The notes beneath the pieces were generated by a model that saw only the letters and a list, made by a program, of their open reading frames with translations, did not search any database and had not been told where the DNA came from. The translations under genes were made by a program, and so were the position numbers. A stretch of 64,000 nucleotides of DNA from Dehalococcoidia bacterium (GTDB lineage: Bacteria; Chloroflexota; Dehalococcoidia; UBA2979), in the NCBI GenBank assembly GCA_965219085.1, contig OZ244720.1, positions 704,001-768,000 on the forward strand. The letters are read 5' to 3'. This document shows, in pieces, positions 20,055-28,714 of this stretch (positions are counted from its first letter, which is position 1; the number at the start of each line of letters is the position of its first letter).

Positions 20055-20587
20055 GCCGCCACCTCCACGGGCAGCGCCTGCCCGAGCGGGCAGATGCAGT
20101 CCTGGTGGTCGGGAGAAGCGTCGTCGTCGCAGTCGAGGCAGTTGCCGCAGTTGCGGCAGGCCACCCGCTGGTGCGCCGCGTCGCGGGCGTGACGCCGGGC
20201 GACGGTGTCCTCCCAGCAGCAGTTCAGCTCGCAGTTGTCGCCGTGGTCGTCCCCTGCCGCGGCGGCGTCCTGCTCGCAGTCGCGGCAGTGCGTGCGCCCG
20301 CGCACGACGGGGTGGCCGCAGCCGGCGCAGTCCCCGCCGTAGTCGCCTGTGGCCTCGAGCTCGGCCCTCACCGTCCTCTGGATGAGGGGGTGGCCGTCGG
20401 GGCCTTCGGACTCGGCGACGTAGTGCCAGGCCCACTTCATCCCGAGGTCGGCCCAGTCCGCGGTGCGGTAGGACCAGCGGTCGCAGGTGCAGTGGCCGTT
20501 GAAGTGGTCGGGACCCTCGAGCAGGGTCATGACCAGGTCGTGCCTGCTCACGACCGGCAGCTCGTGGTGATTGGTCGTCCGTGACAT
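20051..20587 (-). CDS. Cys/His-rich hypothetical protein
   Basis: RBS AAGGAG; CTC, CAGC, CRDC, CRNCGNCLDC and CIC motifs; ATGA overlap with radC. Confidence 0.7.
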   Translation of the reverse strand: MSRTTNHHELPVVSRHDLVMTLLEGPDHFNGHCTCDRWSYRTADWADLGMKWAWHYVAESEGPDGHPLIQRTVRAELEATGDYGGDCAGCGHPVVRGRTHCRDCEQDAAAAGDDHGDNCELNCCWEDTVARRHARDAAHQRVACRNCGNCLDCDDDASPDHQDCICPLGQALPVEVAA

Positions 20588-20706
20588 GGTCGGGTTCTCC
20601 TTCGTGGTTGATGGTGTCCGTGATGGATGCGGCGAGGCCGCCCCCTGAGGGAGCGGCCCCGTGTGCGCCCGCGTGTCGGCGGGCGGCGTCTGTGTGCCGT
20701 GGGTGG

Positions 20707-21105
20707 CTAGAAGGGCTGGTCGTCCGCCGTCGCGGCGGCGGCCTCCCGGCTGCCGTTCCCGTTGCCGTTCGTGCGCCCGTTGCCGTTTGAGTCGAGGAAG
20801 ATGACCTCCTGCGCGTGCACCTCGCTGCGGTGGCGGCGCTGGCCGTCCTGCGTCTCGTAGCTGTTCTGCGCGAGCGAGCCCGCGACGAAGATGCGGTTGC
20901 CCTTCTTCACGTACTCGGCGACGGCCTCGGCCTGCTTGCCCCAGCAGACGACGCTGTGCCAGTCGGCCTCGGTCTCGCCGTTCTGACGGCGGCGGTCGGT
21001 CGCCAGCCTGAGCTGGCAGATCGCCGTGCCGTTCTGGCTGTACTTGAGCTCGGGCTCCGTGCCCACGCGGCCCAGCAGCTCGATGCGGTTGATCGTGCGT
21101 GACAT
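20707..21105 (-). CDS. ssb: Single-stranded DNA-binding protein, copy 1
   Basis: NRIELLGRVG, WHSVVCWGKQAE, KKGNRIFVAG; acidic tail DDQPF. Confidence 0.93.
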   Translation of the reverse strand: MSRTINRIELLGRVGTEPELKYSQNGTAICQLRLATDRRRQNGETEADWHSVVCWGKQAEAVAEYVKKGNRIFVAGSLAQNSYETQDGQRRHRSEVHAQEVIFLDSNGNGRTNGNGNGSREAAAATADDQPF

Positions 21106-21251
21106 GTTCAGTCTCCTTCTGGTGATGGTTGTCACCGTGGCGGTGCGGCCTCGCCGCACCTGGTTCGAAACGACGGCGGGGCCGCCCCCGTCAGGGAGCG
21201 GCCCCGTGTGCGCCCGCGCGCGGCGGGCGGCGTCTGTGTGCCGGTGGTTGG

Positions 21252-21644
21252 CTAGAAGGGCTGGTCGTCCGCGACCTCGGCGGCGGCCTGCTGGCCACCG
21301 TTGCCGTTGGAGCGCCCGGTGCCGTTCGAGTCGAGGAAGATGACCTCCTGCGCGTGGACCTCGGTGCGGTAGCGGCGCTGGCCGTCCTGCGTCTCGTAGC
21401 TGTTCTGGGCGAGCGAGCCCGCGACGAAGATGCGATTGCCCTTCTTCACGTACTCGGCCACGGCCTCGGCCTGCTTGCCCCAGCAGACGACGTTGTGCCA
21501 GTCGGCGTCGGTCTCGCCGTTCTGGCGGCGGCGGTCGGTCGCCAGCCTGAGCTGGCAGATCGCGGTGCCGTTCTGGCTGTACTTCAGCTCGGGGTCGGTC
21601 CCGACCCGGCCCAGCAGCTCGATGCGGTTGATCGTCCGTGACAT
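21252..21644 (-). CDS. ssb: Single-stranded DNA-binding protein, copy 2
   Basis: Near-identical OB fold to copy 1; tail DDQPF. Confidence 0.93.
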   Translation of the reverse strand: MSRTINRIELLGRVGTDPELKYSQNGTAICQLRLATDRRRQNGETDADWHNVVCWGKQAEAVAEYVKKGNRIFVAGSLAQNSYETQDGQRRYRTEVHAQEVIFLDSNGTGRSNGNGGQQAAAEVADDQPF

Positions 21645-21837
21645 TTCAGATTCTCCTTTTGGTGTTGGTTGTCACCGTGGTGGTGCGGCCTCGCCGCACC
21701 TGGGTTCGAAACGACGGCGGGGCCGCCCCGAAGGACGGCCCCGTGTGCGCTCCCGGAAGGGAGCGTCTCTGCAGCGCGTGTGCTCCAGGCACCTGCGATG
21801 GGCACCTCCTTCCGTTTGCTTGTTGGCCTTCAGGCGC

Positions 21838-22557
21838 TCAGGCGGCCTTCGGCGTCTCGGTCGCGCCGTCCTCCCGGAGCTTGCCGGCCGCGGCCTCCAC
21901 CAGCGGGGTGAGGGCCGCGACCGGGAGCTCGTCGAGATCCTGGCCCGTGCGCTCGCGCACGGCGGACCGCACCTTCGCCTCGTCGAAGCCGCGGCAGTTG
22001 CCGAGGTCGACGAGGGTCTTGCGCAGCGACGGCGCGAGCTCGCCCGTCGCCCCGTCGCCGTAGAGGCTGTTCCCGAACTGGTCGCCGTAGCTCCGCAGCG
22101 CCCGCTTGAGCGCATCCGTGACCGCGCCCTTGTGCGCGGTCTCGTGGCCCTCGACTGTCTCGTCCGCGACGGCCTGGAAGCCGACGTCGGTACGCGAGGG
22201 CGAGCCGGGAACGGTCACCCGCACGGTCGCGGTGTAGGCGCGCCAGGGCTTGGCCTCGCCCGTCCTCGGGTCGACGCTCTCGCCCTCCCGTAGTTCGACG
22301 GGAGCGACCAGCTCGTAGCCCCAGCCGCCGTGTCCGAAGACGCGGTTGGCCTGGTCGATGACGGTGTACCCCTCGATGTAGGCGTAGCTGCGGTTGCCGC
22401 GCCCCTTGCGCTGCGAGACGAGACCCTCGTCGAGGGGCTCGCCGAGCCGCTGCGTGACGGCGGGTGGGAGGCTGTCCCACACGAGGTCGCGCTCCGGGAC
22501 GGGCTCGGGGTGGACGCCGTTGCGGCTGCCGTTGACGGTCGGTGTTGCGTTCGTCAT
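21838..22557 (-). CDS. Rad52/Rad22-family single-strand annealing protein
   Basis: SQRKGRG..YAYIEGYTVIDQANRVFGHGGW, RTDVG and KGAVTDALKRALRSYGDQFGNSLY. Confidence 0.88.
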   Translation of the reverse strand: MTNATPTVNGSRNGVHPEPVPERDLVWDSLPPAVTQRLGEPLDEGLVSQRKGRGNRSYAYIEGYTVIDQANRVFGHGGWGYELVAPVELREGESVDPRTGEAKPWRAYTATVRVTVPGSPSRTDVGFQAVADETVEGHETAHKGAVTDALKRALRSYGDQFGNSLYGDGATGELAPSLRKTLVDLGNCRGFDEAKVRSAVRERTGQDLDELPVAALTPLVEAAAGKLREDGATETPKAA

Positions 22558-22759
22558 GTGTCGCTCTCCTTCGTGCTGTGCATGGCTGGATGGACTGGTT
22601 GCGGGCCTCCCCAGGGGGAGACCCGTGCGCGGGGCGGAGCCCCGTCGGTCAGCGGTCATCGCGCCTCCTTCCGGTTGGCGGTTGGCCGGCGGGCACACGG
22701 AAGCGGCCCGGCCCCTTCGGGGAGCCGGGCAGTCAATGCCCGTCGGTGGGATGGGTTGG

Positions 22760-23806
22760 TTAGCGGGCGGCGCGAGCCGCCCGTTCGAGCAGGCGCAGGA
22801 AGACTTCCCGCCCCTGCGGCTGGGTCGCAAGTTCGGCCACGTCGGCGATGCCCTGGGGCAGGGCCACGACGGCGGCGCGGCGGCCAAGCAGGCTGGTGAG
22901 CCGCGCCGCCGCCTCGCGTCCGGCGCTGTCTGCATCGAAGGCGATGAAGACGTTGGGGCAGCCCCGCAGGGCGGCGGCCACCCGCTCCATGCCCTGCGTG
23001 CCGAGGGCGGCGCAGGCGGGCAATCCCCACTCGCTCAGGACGAGCCAGTCGAAGACGCCCTCGGTCACGACCGCCCACGGCGAGGCGTGACCGACCCGTC
23101 CCAGCCCGAGCACGGGCTTGGGGCCGGGCAGCGACTGGAAGCGGGGCGAGCGCTCCGGGTCGATGGCGCGTCCCGTGAGCCAGCGGACGCGACCGCCCGC
23201 GACCTCGGGGACGACCACCATGCCGCCGAAGCGCTCGCCGTGCTCCGTGAACAGCCCGCTCTCGCGGATCCGTCCGGAGGTGAAGCCCGCGGACGCAAGT
23301 GCTGTCCGCAGCCCGCGCCCCGGCGCATGGCCGAGGCCGAGCCGCATGGCCGTGTCGAGGTCGATGCCCCGCGAGGCCAGGTACGCCCTCGCCTTGGCAC
23401 TGCGGCGAAGCTGCCCCGCGTAGTACCTCGCCGCCGCCGTCGCGATCGCCGGGTCGGGCGGCGGAACCGCCGTCCGAGCAGCGGCCCGTCGAGAGGCTCC
23501 GAGGTGGGCAGGAGCGGTCGTGGGCGGAGAGGCGTCGAGCCGCCGGATCGCCTCCGGCAGGCTCACGCCCTCGGCGCGCTGGATGAAGTCCAGCACGTCG
23601 CCGCCCTCGCCGCAGCCGAAGCAGTACCAGCGCTCGGTGTCGGCGTAGACGGTGAAGCTGCCCTCGGCCTCCTCGTGGAAGGGGCAGATGCCCTGCCGGA
23701 CGCGGCCCCTGCCGTGCAGGCGAACGCCCGACGCCTCCACCACGTCGCCCAGCGGGTGACGCGCCTTCAGCGCCGCGATGTCGACGCGCGCTTGCGCGGC
23801 GACCAT
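22760..23806 (-). CDS. DnaG-like primase (CHC2 Zn finger + TOPRIM)
   Basis: CPFHEE..SF..WYCFGC; YLASRGI; VTEGVFD; FDADSAG. Confidence 0.9.
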   Translation of the reverse strand: MVAAQARVDIAALKARHPLGDVVEASGVRLHGRGRVRQGICPFHEEAEGSFTVYADTERWYCFGCGEGGDVLDFIQRAEGVSLPEAIRRLDASPPTTAPAHLGASRRAAARTAVPPPDPAIATAAARYYAGQLRRSAKARAYLASRGIDLDTAMRLGLGHAPGRGLRTALASAGFTSGRIRESGLFTEHGERFGGMVVVPEVAGGRVRWLTGRAIDPERSPRFQSLPGPKPVLGLGRVGHASPWAVVTEGVFDWLVLSEWGLPACAALGTQGMERVAAALRGCPNVFIAFDADSAGREAAARLTSLLGRRAAVVALPQGIADVAELATQPQGREVFLRLLERAARAAR

Positions 23807-24270
23807 CACGAGCTGCCCTTCGCCAGGGGCCGCAGTCCCCGCAGGCTGCGCCGCGAGACGACCTTGCCGGAGTGCCAGCGCATCCCGAGGACGGCCAGCA
23901 CCTCCAGTGCCCCGCCGGGCTGCGGGGCGAGCACCGCCGCTCGCCCGGTGGCGGGGCTGTAGACGACCGCCTCGCGCCCCGCGAAGCGCCGCCGTGTGAC
24001 ATCGAGCCATTCGGCGTACGCCCAGCGCGCCTCCTGCTCCGTGACCCTCTTCAGGTCCGCGCCGGCGAGCACCGCGAGCGCCCCGTCGAGGTCGCCCTGC
24101 CGCCTCAACCGCCGCGCCTCGTGGACGCTGCGGGCGATGCTCGGTTCGGGTTCCGGCGACGCTCCGAGGAGCGCCTCGAAGACCCGGTCCACCAGCTCTT
24201 CGAGGCTGCGGCCGGGGCGGTCTCCCGCCACCTCCGCAGCCGTGTTCAGCGTTCCCGTTGCCATCGTCAT
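23806..24270 (-). CDS. Hypothetical protein
   Basis: RBS GGAGG; stop overlaps the primase start. Confidence 0.7.
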   Translation of the reverse strand: MTMATGTLNTAAEVAGDRPGRSLEELVDRVFEALLGASPEPEPSIARSVHEARRLRRQGDLDGALAVLAGADLKRVTEQEARWAYAEWLDVTRRRFAGREAVVYSPATGRAAVLAPQPGGALEVLAVLGMRWHSGKVVSRRSLRGLRPLAKGSS

Positions 24271-24394
24271 TTCGTGTCCTCCTGTGGTGTGGTTCCTGGT
24301 GCCGGGTCGTGCGCCCTCGCGGGCATGAAGAGGGCCGCCTCCAAAGAGGCGGCCCCATGGCTGGGTGGATACGGTGGGCCGGAGCCCAGGGTCG

Positions 24395-24898
24395 CTAGCG
24401 CCGGACCACCCTCGTGCGGCGGCGGCCGGCAAGCAGCCGTGCGACGAAGATCGCCCCGGCACCGAGCCCGGCCGCGTTGAGCACGGCCAGTTCACCGCCG
24501 TGGCCGAACAGCAACGGCGCCGCGAGCAGCGCCACCAACCCGACGACCACCGCGGGCTTCCGCCCACGCCTCGTTGGGCGAACTGCGGGAGCCTCGGGCA
24601 TCAGCTCGTAGGCCGTCCAGATGGGCAGCCCGATGACGCCCTCGACCGCGGTGACGGCGTGGGCGCGCGTGCAGCCGCCGGTGTGGCAGCGCACATCGAT
24701 GCCGTTGCCGTCGGGCCGCTGCCGGAACGCCAGCCCGTCCGACGCGCCGCCGTGGCAGATGGCGGTAGTCGTCCAGAACCAGCCCCGCTCGAAGCTCACC
24801 CGCTGCGGGATGAGGTTCGCGATGCGGCCGGCGCTCGGTCCTGTGTACTGCTGCGCCGTGGCTCGCATCTCCATGGCGTCCCTCTGCTCTGTGTTCAT
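24395..24898 (-). CDS. Zn-finger-like protein with two C-terminal TM helices
   Basis: RBS AAGGAGG; CH..(20 aa)..CHTGGC; hydrophobic C-terminus with RRR tail. Confidence 0.65.
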   Translation of the reverse strand: MNTEQRDAMEMRATAQQYTGPSAGRIANLIPQRVSFERGWFWTTTAICHGGASDGLAFRQRPDGNGIDVRCHTGGCTRAHAVTAVEGVIGLPIWTAYELMPEAPAVRPTRRGRKPAVVVGLVALLAAPLLFGHGGELAVLNAAGLGAGAIFVARLLAGRRRTRVVRR

Positions 24899-25429
24899 GT
24901 CTCGTGACCTCCTTCGTCACTGCTGCGTTGCTGGTGACCCGTGTCGGCATCCGTGGCTCGGGTAATGGCTGGGTTGTCGCTGCACGCACTCCGCCCACGG
25001 TCGGATGCCGGACCGGGGAACGGGGTGGCTGGGCCGCGCTCGTGCGAAGCGGCCGGCCTGCGAATCACTCGCGGACGGGCTCGGTGCAGGGGCGGCGGAC
25101 GTGAGGAACGGGCCGAGCGCAGGACGCACTCCGCCCAGAGACTCCGGGGCCGAGTGCAGGATGCAACTCGCCCGCGGTCTCCCGGCGTTCGAGGCAACGT
25201 CGGGGGAGCAGCGCTCGACCCTTCTGCTGCCTCCCGCTGCGGGAAGGCGGTTGTCCCTCACTGGATCGCCGTCGGGAGAGCAGGGCTCTATCCGTCGGGT
25301 CGGTCCGGGTCCGGGATGGACCCTCCAGGTTTCTACGGCAGGAAACGCTGGCAAAGCCGGAAACTGCTTGGCAGTGTCGCCTAGTCCCCGCACCGATGGA
25401 AGGGGGTTTGGGCCTCCCGCGCCGAATCA

Positions 25430-25456
25430 CTTGCTGCGATGTAGCTGCGATGTAGC
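25430..25456. promoter_or_regulatory. Operator-like motif CTTGCT-S-CGATGT-N5-CGATGTAGC, copy 1
   Basis: The same 27-bp pattern recurs at 38990-39016. Confidence 0.55.
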
Positions 25457-25473
25457 GGGGGCCGACCGGGGCC

Positions 25474-26439
25474 CTACTTCCGCCACAACCCGAGGGTCAG
25501 CACGCGGCGGACGCAGCGCCAGAACAGCGCCCAGCGGCGCTCCGCCCGCGCGTCTGCCAGCGACTGCTCGCGCCGCCACATCTCCTTGTCGCGTTCGAGG
25601 CGGTCCCAGGGGTAGTAGGCCGGCAGCAGCGTCAGTGCGTGCTCCCGGATGAGGACGAGCTCCAGCTCCCGCATGCGCACCCAGGCGGTGGCGCGGGCCA
25701 GCCTGCTTCTGCCCTGGTCGATGTGCTCGACCCGCACCCGCCGCCACTCCACGATGAGCGGCATCGCCTCGCAGTAGACGAGCTCCTCGCCGGGCTCCGG
25801 CTCCAGCGTGACGATGTCAGGGTACGTTCGCCGGGGCGGGGTGCCCGCCGGTTCCCCGCCGACCGCCGGCCGTGTGTCCGGGTCGACCGGGGGCAAGGTT
25901 GCCAGCCGCCGTTCCCACTGCCTGAGTGTCTGCGCCTGCGCCTCCCGCAGATCCGCGAGGTCGCCGCGGACGGCGTCGAGCCCGCTTCGCACCGTCTCCT
26001 CCAGCGCTCCCGTGCGCTGCTCGAGGGCGCTGAGGCGCTCGCCTTGCCGCACCACCTCGGAGCGCTGATCGGCCAGCAGCCGCCGCTCCAGTGCCGAAGC
26101 CAGGCGCGGCACGAGCCGCCCCGAATTCATGCTCCGCCAGAGCGTCTTGCGGTCGACGCCCAGTTCCTCCGCCGCCTTCACGCGGCCCACCCGCTTCACG
26201 AGGTCGTGCAGCAGCGCCATCAGCCGCAGCTCGCGCACGCTCTCCAAGCTCGGCGTCTCGCCCGTTGCGTCCGGCGCTCCGCCGTTTGCCGCGCCTCCGT
26301 CCATGTTCCCGTTTGCCCCATTTCCCGGCTGTTCTGGAACATCGCCCCGCGCCCGGGGATGTGCCCGATGCCCCATATCCCGGCGCTCCTGCCCCATGGC
26401 GGTGGAATCCGCACTGGAACCGGATTGCTTGCTCGTCAC
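25474..26439 (-). CDS. HTH + coiled-coil hypothetical protein (start uncertain)
   Basis: RVKAAEELGVDRKTLWR HTH-like segment followed by a heptad-rich region. Confidence 0.7.
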   Translation of the reverse strand: MTSKQSGSSADSTAMGQERRDMGHRAHPRARGDVPEQPGNGANGNMDGGAANGGAPDATGETPSLESVRELRLMALLHDLVKRVGRVKAAEELGVDRKTLWRSMNSGRLVPRLASALERRLLADQRSEVVRQGERLSALEQRTGALEETVRSGLDAVRGDLADLREAQAQTLRQWERRLATLPPVDPDTRPAVGGEPAGTPPRRTYPDIVTLEPEPGEELVYCEAMPLIVEWRRVRVEHIDQGRSRLARATAWVRMRELELVLIREHALTLLPAYYPWDRLERDKEMWRREQSLADARAERRWALFWRCVRRVLTLGLWRK

Positions 26440-26555
26440 GTCCTGTAGGGGCGCTTTCCCCTTGTCCTGCCTGGGTTCTGACCGCTGGGCCGTTCCGTTA
26501 CCAACGTCGCTTCTCCTTACACGGCTACCACACCACGACCGGCCCCGTGCCGGCC

Positions 26556-26599
26556 ATGCCTCATAAGGGAGGTCACGCGTGACCTCCCTTATGAGGCAT
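26556..26599. repeat. Perfect 44-bp spacerless palindrome
   Basis: ATGCCTCATAAGGGAGGTCACG|CGTGACCTCCCTTATGAGGCAT. Confidence 0.95.
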
Positions 26600-26640
26600 T
26601 ACCTCGCGCCGGCTGAGCCGCGACACTCCTCACCCCTGCA

Positions 26641-26654
26641 AGAACGCTCGTTCT
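26641..26654. promoter_or_regulatory. LexA/SOS box upstream of the transfer operon
   Basis: AGAAC-GCTC-GTTCT, a perfect match to GAAC-N4-GTTC, just before RBS AAGGAGG and ATG 26672. Confidence 0.7.
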
Positions 26655-26671
26655 GTAACAAGGAGGCGTCC

Positions 26672-27289
26672 ATGAGGCGGCAACCAGGAACAACAGCCGG
26701 TAGGGCGAGGCGGCTGAGGACGCTGGCGGCGGCGCTGCTGCTGGCGGCGCTCGCCACCATCCCCTCGAGCGGCGTCGCCCTCGCCCAGGAGCCGCCCGCG
26801 GAGGCCATCGTGCTCGTCAACGAGACCGCCGAGGATCTCGTCGAGCGCAAGGACGACGGACGCTTCATCGCACGCCCCGTCTTCGACCGCGAGGTCCCGC
26901 TCCTCTACTACGGCGTGCGCGACGGCGACACGGGCGATTGGCTCACCGTCGTCTTCCGGGTGCGCGACGACGGCGAGGAGCGGCGCGACGGCCGCGAGTA
27001 CTCCTTCGAGTACCCCTTCGAGAACGGCCAGCCCGAACTCGACCCGGAGCGTCCCTACCTGCTGGTGATGCTCGCGGGCGAGCTGGCGGAGTCGCCGCAG
27101 CCCTTCTACGCCGTCATCCCGCCCCACCAGCCCGGCGGTCTCTGGAACAGGGTTCTCGGCGCGCTCGACCCCGAGCGCTGGGGCAAGGCCGTCGCCCGCT
27201 GGGTGATCGAGGGCGCGCACGGGACGCTCTGCGGCGTCGTGGAGCGCGCCTCAGGCGACGACACCGATGTCTGCGAGGTCGCCCCGTGA
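26672..27289 (+). CDS. Exported protein, first gene of the transfer operon
   Basis: RBS; Arg-rich N-region, hydrophobic core and ALA cleavage site; GTGA overlap with the next gene. Confidence 0.75.
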   Translation: MRRQPGTTAGRARRLRTLAAALLLAALATIPSSGVALAQEPPAEAIVLVNETAEDLVERKDDGRFIARPVFDREVPLLYYGVRDGDTGDWLTVVFRVRDDGEERRDGREYSFEYPFENGQPELDPERPYLLVMLAGELAESPQPFYAVIPPHQPGGLWNRVLGALDPERWGKAVARWVIEGAHGTLCGVVERASGDDTDVCEVAP

Positions 27290-28272
27290 GCGACATCTTC
27301 ACGGGCACGCCGCCCGGCCTCACCTACGACCACGAGATCGTCCGCCAGGCGTGGACGGCGGTCTGGATCATCACCTCCGGCGCGCTCGTCGTGATCATCG
27401 GCTGGATGGGGCTGAGCCTCATCATCGGCGACCACCTCGGCCGCGCGCAGGCGGGCTGGCGCGAGCTGGTCCCGCGCCTCGGGCTGGGACTCGTGGCCGC
27501 CGCCGCCTCGCTGTGGTGGTGCGCGCTCGTCATCGACGTGGCCGACGCCATCTCCGGCTTCATCGCCGCCGAGCTGGGCGTGACCGCCGGCGACATGCTG
27601 CGCTCGACGCTGCGCACGCTGCTGACGGCGGTGGCGGCGGGCAGCGTGGGCATGGGCCTGCTGCTGGCCTTGCTCTACCTCGTCTACGGCTTCTTCGTGC
27701 TCTACCTCGTGGTGCAGATGGTGCTGCGCCTCGCGCTGATCGACATCCTGCTGGCGCTCGCGCCGATCGCCCTCGGGCTCTGGATCCTCCCGCACACGGC
27801 GGGCTGGGGCCGGCACTGGCTGCGCCTCTTCATGACGACCGTCTTCCAGCAGGCGATCCAGCTGATCGCGCTGGCCCTCGGCATCGGCTTCCTCAACGAG
27901 TACGCCGCGATCGGCGGCGGCGAGCCGATCCAGGACCTCGTCTGGAAGCTGCTGATGTCGCTGGCCTTCATCTACCTGGCGACGCGCGTGCCCTCGCTGC
28001 TCGGCAACGTCGGGACCTTCGATGCCTGGCTGCACACCCTCCACTTCGGCATGTCCCTGCCCGGCTCGATGGCCCGCTCGGCGCGCTCCGTGGGGCTGCT
28101 GGTGGGCGGCGGCGCGGCGGGCGGCCCGGTGGGTGCGGCGGTTGCCGCCGGGGCCGCGGGCGGAGTGGCCTCGGCGGCGACCTCGGGCGTGCGCTCGGCG
28201 GCCGAGCTGGCGACCCCCTCTTCGGGCGGTGGCGCCGCTGGCGGCGGCGCGCCCAGGAGCAGCAGCGAGTAG
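27286..28272 (+). CDS. VirB6/TrbL-like polytopic membrane protein
   Basis: Several TM helices, LAPIALGLWILPHT..W..W pattern, Gly/Ala-rich tail; T4SS context. Confidence 0.75.
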   Translation: MSDIFTGTPPGLTYDHEIVRQAWTAVWIITSGALVVIIGWMGLSLIIGDHLGRAQAGWRELVPRLGLGLVAAAASLWWCALVIDVADAISGFIAAELGVTAGDMLRSTLRTLLTAVAAGSVGMGLLLALLYLVYGFFVLYLVVQMVLRLALIDILLALAPIALGLWILPHTAGWGRHWLRLFMTTVFQQAIQLIALALGIGFLNEYAAIGGGEPIQDLVWKLLMSLAFIYLATRVPSLLGNVGTFDAWLHTLHFGMSLPGSMARSARSVGLLVGGGAAGGPVGAAVAAGAAGGVASAATSGVRSAAELATPSSGGGAAGGGAPRSSSE

Positions 28273-28417
28273 CGACAACAACAACCGCAACCAGGCAGCG
28301 CGGCCTCTTCGCGCCGATCGAGACGCAAACGGAGGTGGGAGATGTGCCGGTAGGCGAACGAGCAGCAGCACCGAGAGACGAACGAGAACACGCAAACGCG
28401 AGAGGAGCGAAACACAA

Positions 28418-28711
28418 GTGGAAGACCTGACTCAGACCATCTCCAACCTGGTGGGCATCCTGCTCGGGGTCGTCGGCGCGATCGGCGTCGGCTTCTTCAT
28501 CTACGGGTCCTACCTCTACCTCACCGCCTCGGGCGCACCGCACCAGATGGAGCGCGGCAAGAGCGCGATGATGACCGCTTTGGCCGGGATCGTCCTGGCG
28601 ATGGTGGCCTTCGGCGTCGTCGAACTGGTGATGGACGCCGTCGTCAACCCCGTCGTGGATGTCGACGTCCCCGAGCCCACGGGCGCGACCACGACCACAG
28701 AGGGGGGATAG
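28418..28711 (+). CDS. TrbC/VirB2-like pilin
   Basis: Two TM helices with YLTASG..QMERGK..ALAG; RBS GAGGAG. Confidence 0.75.
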   Translation: MEDLTQTISNLVGILLGVVGAIGVGFFIYGSYLYLTASGAPHQMERGKSAMMTALAGIVLAMVAFGVVELVMDAVVNPVVDVDVPEPTGATTTTEGG

Positions 28712-28714
28712 GCC

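Noticed and set aside
9274-21780. CRISPR array among the repeats
   Set aside because: The repeats are coding domains or gene-length units; there is no short repeat-spacer periodicity and no cas gene.
26556-26599. Protelomerase telRL site
   Set aside because: The shape is similar, but I recognise no protelomerase gene, and the element has an integrase and sits in the chromosome.
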